Notes under the pieces: generated by a model
The model's input: the letters and a program-made list of their open reading frames with translations, nothing else
Database searches by the model: none
What the model was told of the DNA's origin: nothing
In this document: one piece after another, positions 57,510 through 64,000 of the stretch
Layout: every line of letters begins with the position of its first letter
Numbering within the stretch: position 1 is the first letter of the stretch
Source: Bugula neritina
Lineage: Eukaryota; Animalia; Bryozoa
DNA: 64,000 nucleotides
Assembly (NCBI GenBank): GCA_964035545.1
Contig: OZ037768.1
Location: 23,655,319 to 23,719,318, forward strand
Reading direction: 5' to 3'
Position numbers and translations under genes: made by a program

Positions 57510-59014
57510 ATGCCTACCAAATCGAAGCGAAAAGGCAGACATAAGTCTAAAGCATGTACTGAAACTGAGTCTCCTGTTAACAAGAAGATCATAGACTACT
57601 TCCCTCCCAGCCCTCCGCCCAGTAACAACAACAGTAGTTGCACTTCTCTCCAGTTTCCCTCTGACACCTCCCTTTACAATGGCACTGTTCCTAAGGATCT
57701 CAGTGGTATGTCAACTTCTTATATCATTAGAAAGACCAGCTGGCTCTAATTAGAAAAATATGTGAGAAACTCAGTTTCATTTTAATAGATTGTACAAGCA
57801 TTCACATTTGTATCCACCCTTGTATCCACCCCTGATGAGCTAAAGACTGAGTCTCTTAACATAGCCGAGGGCTCTCTATGTCTTCTTAGAATTATTTGTT
57901 TTTGACAAGAAAGTGATGGATGATTAGTTGGAAACTTGCTGATTTATATTGAATATTGATATTGGAAATAAACCTTGCTATTTTTGATATTGAAGTTATT
58001 TTACAGTTTCTTGCTAAACTCTGAAGTCTAATATTGAAACAAAATTAATTTTAACTATTGCCCTTAGTGTACTGGAACTCAATGGAAGGTTTTGAAAATA
58101 AAGTTTTGCCACTGCAGCTGGGTTATTGCTGGTTATTATATGTTAAACACCATACCCAGATATTAATACTGCAAATCAGCTATAGATCAATACTATAACT
58201 ATTTTGGTGCTTCCTTGTAACTTATCAACAATATTAAGACTAAACCTAAATAAGTTAACAGCGGGTTCATTTTACTAACTTTTTTTTAAATAGTAGCTGA
58301 GACTTTTTTATTCAACTTAAACTTTGGCTAATTCATTTTTCAATGTTAAACTACTGCCTACTAAGTGTGTTTTTTGTACAACAAATGTGTGTTTTTGTAA
58401 GAGAACACAACTCCATGTCATTTGCTATATTTCAGAATCAAAAGACGGTGTGTGTACAATAAGTTGTCTTCCCACGCCTGAAGACTCTCCAGACAAAATT
58501 GACATGCCAATTAAACCTGAGCCACCGGATGGCGGGGGCTTATCTAAACCCGACTTCTCTGAAGATGCTGAATCTTACAGAGAACCCAAACTATGTGCCT
58601 CTTCATCTCACTCGGCTAATGAAGATAAGGTCACAGGTCACAGTGCATTACAGGAAAAGAAATCAAATTCAAAAAGACAAGCTCGTAAACCTAAATCGTT
58701 AGTATGAATTATTTGAAATAATTATATTCTATTTATTTATGTGTTTTATATGTTAATAAATTATGTGTTATGTTTTCTCTTATCACTGCAAACCAAAAAG
58801 TTTATAAATTAAATGATAATATTTAGATGACTAAAAGTCAGATCTCCTTTTGTGGTGATTATAGTTTAGTTAGTTATAGTTATAGTTATAGTTATAGTTA
58901 GTTTATATTACTCTTCTCTGTTGAAGGAAACCAGAAGAAGTGAAACCCAATCATTTGGTCACTGATTTCTTCCCCGTCAGAAAGAGTTCGAGGAAGACAG
59001 CTAAAGAGCTGCAG
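57510..59014 (+). CDS. KMT5A: H4K20 monomethyltransferase SET8/PR-Set7, N-terminal exons (SET domain not in window)
   Basis: Exons 57510-57705, 58436-58697, 58927-59014 are phase-compatible. The third encodes NHLVTDFFPVRKSSRKTAKELQ, closely matching the SET8 PIP degron (human KLTDFYPVRRSSRKSKAELQ). Head-to-head with SBNO1, as in vertebrates. Confidence 0.85.
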
Positions 59015-59553
59015 GTGAGTCTGGATATATGTGGTAATATAATATTATATTATATGTAATATTATATAATAGGTATTCAGGTGGTCAGTACTGTTAGATG
59101 ACATACATATATATGCATCTATCCATGTTTGCAGCAGACAAGCAGGGAATTAGGACATAAGTTGGTGCCGGAGGTTACAGGTCTTTTTTTTCACTTTCTA
59201 TCGTTTGTGAGGATAACTCCCCTGTTTATAACTTTAATCATCTTTAATGCTAATAATATCTCTAACATTCGTAAAGAGTAGAATGTTATAAATTTCACAG
59301 GTACCAAAGTTATAAGATGATTATGAAGTTTATACAATTAGTAAAGAGATTTTATTCCTTGGATTTCATTTTCATTTTGAAGTTGATGCAAACAATACCA
59401 ATAGTATAGTAAATGCATAGTGTATATTATTAAAAGACTAGAGTAATGTAATCAAGCACAGGTCTACATATCTGTTATATTTTTTATTATCAACATTTTA
59501 TTGGAGACAGTTTTGACCAATAAGAAACTTCATTGCATGTTCTTATAAGTTGA

Positions 59554-60427
59554 CTATTCCTCCTGAGCTACTATATGCCGGTGCACGTGCTCATGAGCTT
59601 TAAGCGGGAAAGCTTTTTGCAGTAGTTTGCACGGTCTCCGCTCTACTAAACACTTTCCTCCAGGTAGCAAATTTGCTTTTGTTGTCTCGTCTAGCCGTTT
59701 AAACTTACTGATCGCCGTAGTACTTTCTGGTAATGTATCGTACGGGTCAATGAACATTCGGAGTTTTTTCTCCAAGATGTCTGCTTCTTTGTTGTTTTGG
59801 TAAATTTCCGGCTCCACAAGTTCTTTGTCATATTCTCTCTCCAGCCGTCTCCTTAGGTATTGACTGTAAAATTTGAGGGTTTTCCCCTCGACTAAATCAA
59901 CCTGTTCGCAGTTGGAGTCGGCTGCACCCTTTGGTGAACTCACCTCTGTAACAAGAACACCTGGGGAGCTGGAACTCATCTTGTTAAGATTCTTTTCTGC
60001 TGCCTCATTACCAACTATTGACCGAGTATGTGATATTTTTTCTCTGTTTCCTTCCACTGGCACAAGTCTAGAATATCCTCTTTGTATCACTGTACTTCTT
60101 GAAAGGTTATTCATACCTAAATTAGCTCTGTGGAACTCTCCTTTGTCCAGTGATTCGAGATCTCCCATGCTTTTGGCCCAAGTGTCTTTTTCAACAGTGT
60201 GCCTGTTTTTCAATGGCTCCAATTCGTCAATTTCTTTCCTTGGTGGGACAATAATATTAGCATCTGATGTTTGAAATATCCTAATTTGTTCTTTTAATGC
60301 TGCAATACTTCTTGGAGCTCTAATAGTTTGAAGTGGCCGTAGTGGTTTCTTAGTTTTACCTCCGCCTCTCTTGGCATATTTTTCTCTTTGCAGTTGCCGC
60401 TGTTTAGCCTTCTCTTGCATGCTAACC
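59554..60427 (-). CDS. Unknown protein; probable terminal exon of an antisense gene nested in the KMT5A intron
   Basis: ~290 non-repetitive codons; acceptor TTTACAG at 60428-60429; TAG at 59554; candidate AATAAA on the minus strand near 59352. No recognisable domain. Confidence 0.6.
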
Positions 60428-60740
60428 CTGTAAAGGCATGGGCTCAATATTACATACACTGTAATGGTTAGTGAGTTGAATTGTTTTTGCTAAGTGATGT
60501 TTTGATGATTTGGTAAACCTTTTACCTGAACCCTATTTGTGAAAAGCCTTACAATTTCAAGTGGGATATTGATTTTGCCTAACTTAAATACATAATATTG
60601 TTTTAGTGCTAATTTGTATCAAATAACTGCTAATGTATATTCTGGCTAAGCTAAATACTAAAAAAGTAAACACATAGACATATATTTCTACAGAGACTGC
60701 ACCTGTATGAATATCCATCTCTCACACAGGGTAGTATTAA

Positions 60741-63700
60741 GGCAGGACTCTGATTTTCCACTTGATTGGCCATATCTTGAAAAATAATAGCCCTACTGAC
60801 CTCAAATTTTGATATGTTCCTAACCATGGGCCTACCCACACCCCCCCACAATTTCAGAGGTCAAGGTTAAATTATAGCGATTTTGGCCGGAGTGCACTAA
60901 AGAGTTATCTCCTCCTAGAATAATATTTCAATTCTGCTCCAACTCCACAATTTGAAGCAAAACATATTTATCTAGAACCCCTACCACATTTAGCCTTCTA
61001 GGTTTACTAGATAACAAGATCTATGCACTTTTCGCCGGAGTTCTAGATTTTTAGCAGGTACCATGTATTGAGATGACCATATCTTGAAACCTATTACATG
61101 CACATGCCCAATTCTGGTAGGGTTGCTAGATATACATTTAAGCATATTATGTTCCAAATTTCATATGGGTAGGTCAAAAATTGTAGGAGGAGATAGAATT
61201 TTACTATCGTAGCAACCGAAAAAACATACAAATGAGAAAATTGAGGACGAAAATTCAATAAATTGAAATGACTATATCTTGAAACCTACAAGTTAAATAT
61301 ATATTATTTTGGCATGGTTGTTAGAAGCACATCTCATCATATTATACTCCAAATTTCATAAAAATAGCATAAAACCTATAGGAGAAGCAATAATTTTACT
61401 ACTGTAACAACCGAAAATACACAAATAAAAAATTCAATGACGAAAAATTTATCAATCGATATGATCTCATTTCAAAATCTTAGTTGTATTTGCATGATTT
61501 CAAAAGAAATTACAGAATAAATTATAAATTCAGTGAAGTTCTATCTCCAGAAAACTCCAGTCTTGTAATACTTTGGCCAGACTGCTGGGCTTTGTGGCGG
61601 GAACTCACTATTATTAGAAGATCTTTTTGTGGGTATAAATGGCAAACTGCTTCACAATCAGTGTTCCTAAAACAAAGTAAACAGGTACAAAATCAGTACT
61701 ATTATCATTGAATTATACGACAGAACAGCTGACAACAAAAATAAACTTAGGTTTTTGCAAAATTTTCACTTTGGGGGCGAAGTAACAAAGTTAACTTATC
61801 TTCAAAGTTGAGGGTTTATTGAAATTTCATCTCTAAAAAGCTCCAGCTTGGTAGTCACTCCGGTCAGGTCGTCTGGCTATTTTTGCTCTTTGATAGGTGG
61901 CCCGTCTCCTGGAAGCCTTTATTCTCTGCAGATCTTTTTTGTGGGTGTGCATTACCAGCTGTTTTCCAATCGTTATTCCTAAAATATCATAAACAGCAGC
62001 AAGAGCAGTACTACCATCATTGAATTGTAAGACAGCACAGTTGACAGCAAGTTCTAACCTAGGCTTCTGCACAAACTGCACTTTAGGGCAAAGTAACCAA
62101 ATTATCCTATGAAAAGACTCGTTATTATTTTGTGTACCCCCATGCAAGCATTTTGAAAGCAGAGAATCGGCTGTAAGAGCTTCAAAAACCGGTTTTATCT
62201 CTTCTAGTACAAAAGGTGGGAGACTATTCGAATTACCATCACCACTACCATTTACTGCCGGGCAAGAATTATCACATGAGCTATGATTCCTATTCCTATG
62301 ATGCCATATTCTCCAAATGCTTGCTTTCATACCCTCTAAGTTTCCTACATTATTCCTAATAGCTGCTCCATAATGACCCTGAATTCTCTTTATAGCAGCT
62401 TTATGCAACTTACCACTACCTCCTATACCTTTATACTTACGGCCTTCCCAATAAAACTCTTTTCCCTTACATTGCTGCACTTTATCTAATAAAAGCTTGC
62501 CCATTCACTTTTGCACATGACCTACGCATTCAAGTTTCTCAACAACAACATCTGGGCCATAGGGTTGGGCCTTACTTACAGCACTATAAGACTTGGAGTC
62601 TCCATCCCCTAAATATTTTACAAACCGTACTCCTCTCTTTTCGACTGACCTCCTGAAAATTCTAACCATACCTACCGGCTCCATACCACCAGCTGAACCC
62701 TCATGATTTTTGACACAACTATGCTCTGGTGGTATACTATCTTTATGACTGGCACATGTAAAACAATAACTAGAGAGAACTTCAGTATCAACTACTTTAC
62801 CTGGTTTTCCTACTGAATGGGTAATAACAGTAGCTACCCCATTCTTACTACTAAAGCCCCTACGCTGCCAGGTACCATCACAAGATACTGTTATATCACT
62901 ACTGTTACTCATACTAGCAGCTTCCCTGGCAGCCTGGTCCATTGACTTACTAGCTAGCTCCTTAGTAATGTTACCAAGTCGCTCTACATCCTTGGCCCAC
63001 TCACTAAAAGCGACAGGTGGGGGCAAACCTAGATGAGCAGAAATAGTTGCAGCAGTACTTCTATGCCCACCTGCCAAGGTTGTACCAAAAGCCAACCGAG
63101 TATTCAAAGAAAACCTATGATCTACATCACGATCACTCATTACACTACTTTCAATAAGAACACCACAAACAGAACAGGTAAAATCAAAAGCTGGTACAAT
63201 TCCACTATGGCATTTTACACTAATTCGCAAGGACATAGCAGGGTGATCTTTACAAGCAATACTACCAGATGACAACCTACCCATAAGTTCTAAAACTAAC
63301 TTAGTCTGCACTATAATACTGTCAGGCTGAGAATTTGCAGAACTAAATAAGAAATTTGAAGTACTTAGCTGATCATTTAGTTTAGCAGAGCTGGCAGTTG
63401 CAGCAGGAGTAGTGCCGGTAACTGTAGGTGTAGCATCAGTAGTCAGACTCAAAGAGCTGGAGGCAGTCGGTGGTATAAGTTGATGGTCAGATGCAGCAGA
63501 CTGGGGCTCCAATTGAAAGTCCATAGTACTAACTGAAAAGCTTGTAGATGCACTTAGATGTGCAGTAGAGTTAGTTACATTAGTGTTACTAATAGTAGTA
63601 GCGATAACTGGCGTAGCGGTGCCGGCAATAGTAGTAGTAGTAGTAGTAATCGTCATGGGTGGTCTAGTAGTAGGCGTAGTTGTGGGCGTCGTTGCACTTG

Positions 63701-64000
63701 CAGGCGTCGTAGCACTTGCAGGCGTCGTAGTAGTAGTAGTACTAGTAGTAATATCTAGTACTGGGTCAGCTTTTCTGTACTGATTTCCTCGAAACTGCCT
63801 TTTTTTAACCTTAGGCATGTTTACTGTGTCTGTAGTATACGTGCTGCTATGTTAGAGACTTATATAACGAGTCGGTACGAATATAAATATTATGTAATAT
63901 TACTAATGTCAAAATAAGTAAATCACGGCACTTCGTAAAACAAAATGTTGATAAATATAAAGTCAAATATGTCTTCTCTTTATTTTCACCGGTTGTAGAA
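60741..64000 (-). mobile_element. DNA transposon (Mutator-like/Kolobok-like DDE element); far end beyond the window
   Basis: Contains the transposase; candidate terminus TTAA|GGCAGG at 60737-60746; diverged ~195-bp subterminal repeats at ~61077 and ~61271 sharing ATATCTTGAA with ~60773. Boundary inferred. Confidence 0.65.
61833..63818 (-). pseudogene. DDE transposase (Mutator-like transposase family) interrupted by one in-frame TGA
   Basis: ORFs 63818-62505 and 62504-61833 are in the same frame. Motifs SCDGTWQRRG, YLGDGDSK, ECVGHVQK*MG, HYGAAIRNN, CLHGGTQNNNES. The TGA at 62505-62507 sits where this family normally has Arg (VQKRMG). Confidence 0.85.

Noticed and set aside
59131-59210. Possible next KMT5A exon
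   Set aside because: The translation does not resemble SET8 and reaches a stop; the SET exons are presumably beyond the window.

Overview
AT-rich, intron-dense animal (invertebrate-type) genomic DNA. Host genes, in order: the 3' half of HDAC6 (+), a complete SGSM1/2 RUN-TBC RabGAP (-), TMED2 (-), RILPL1 (+), SBNO1/strawberry notch (-), and the 5' part of KMT5A/SET8 (+). Mobile elements: an intact, very young Ty3/Gypsy (Mag-like) LTR retrotransposon (50800-55299, identical LTRs, CTTAC TSD, elongator tRNA-Met-like PBS) between the SBNO1 and KMT5A coding regions; a DDE transposase (Mutator-like/Kolobok-like) broken by one in-frame stop; two degenerate tRNA-SINE copies. The DDE element and an unknown antisense ORF lie in the presumed KMT5A intron. 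Main points of interest: (1) both head-to-head pairs TMED2/RILPL1 and SBNO1/KMT5A match the human 12q24.31 cluster, suggesting ancient microsynteny; (2) RILPL1 has a tandem-duplicated, probably mutually exclusive exon pair with a candidate long-range RNA stem, plus three candidate terminal exons; (3) SBNO1 has a U12 minor-class intron; (4) many intronic minisatellites are built from splice-junction sequence, including AG|GT duplications inside the HDAC6 ZnF-UBP exon and an SBNO1 intron made of copies of the U1 snRNA 5' end. Gene identities come from recognising conserved peptides by eye and exon models were built by hand; no searches were run.
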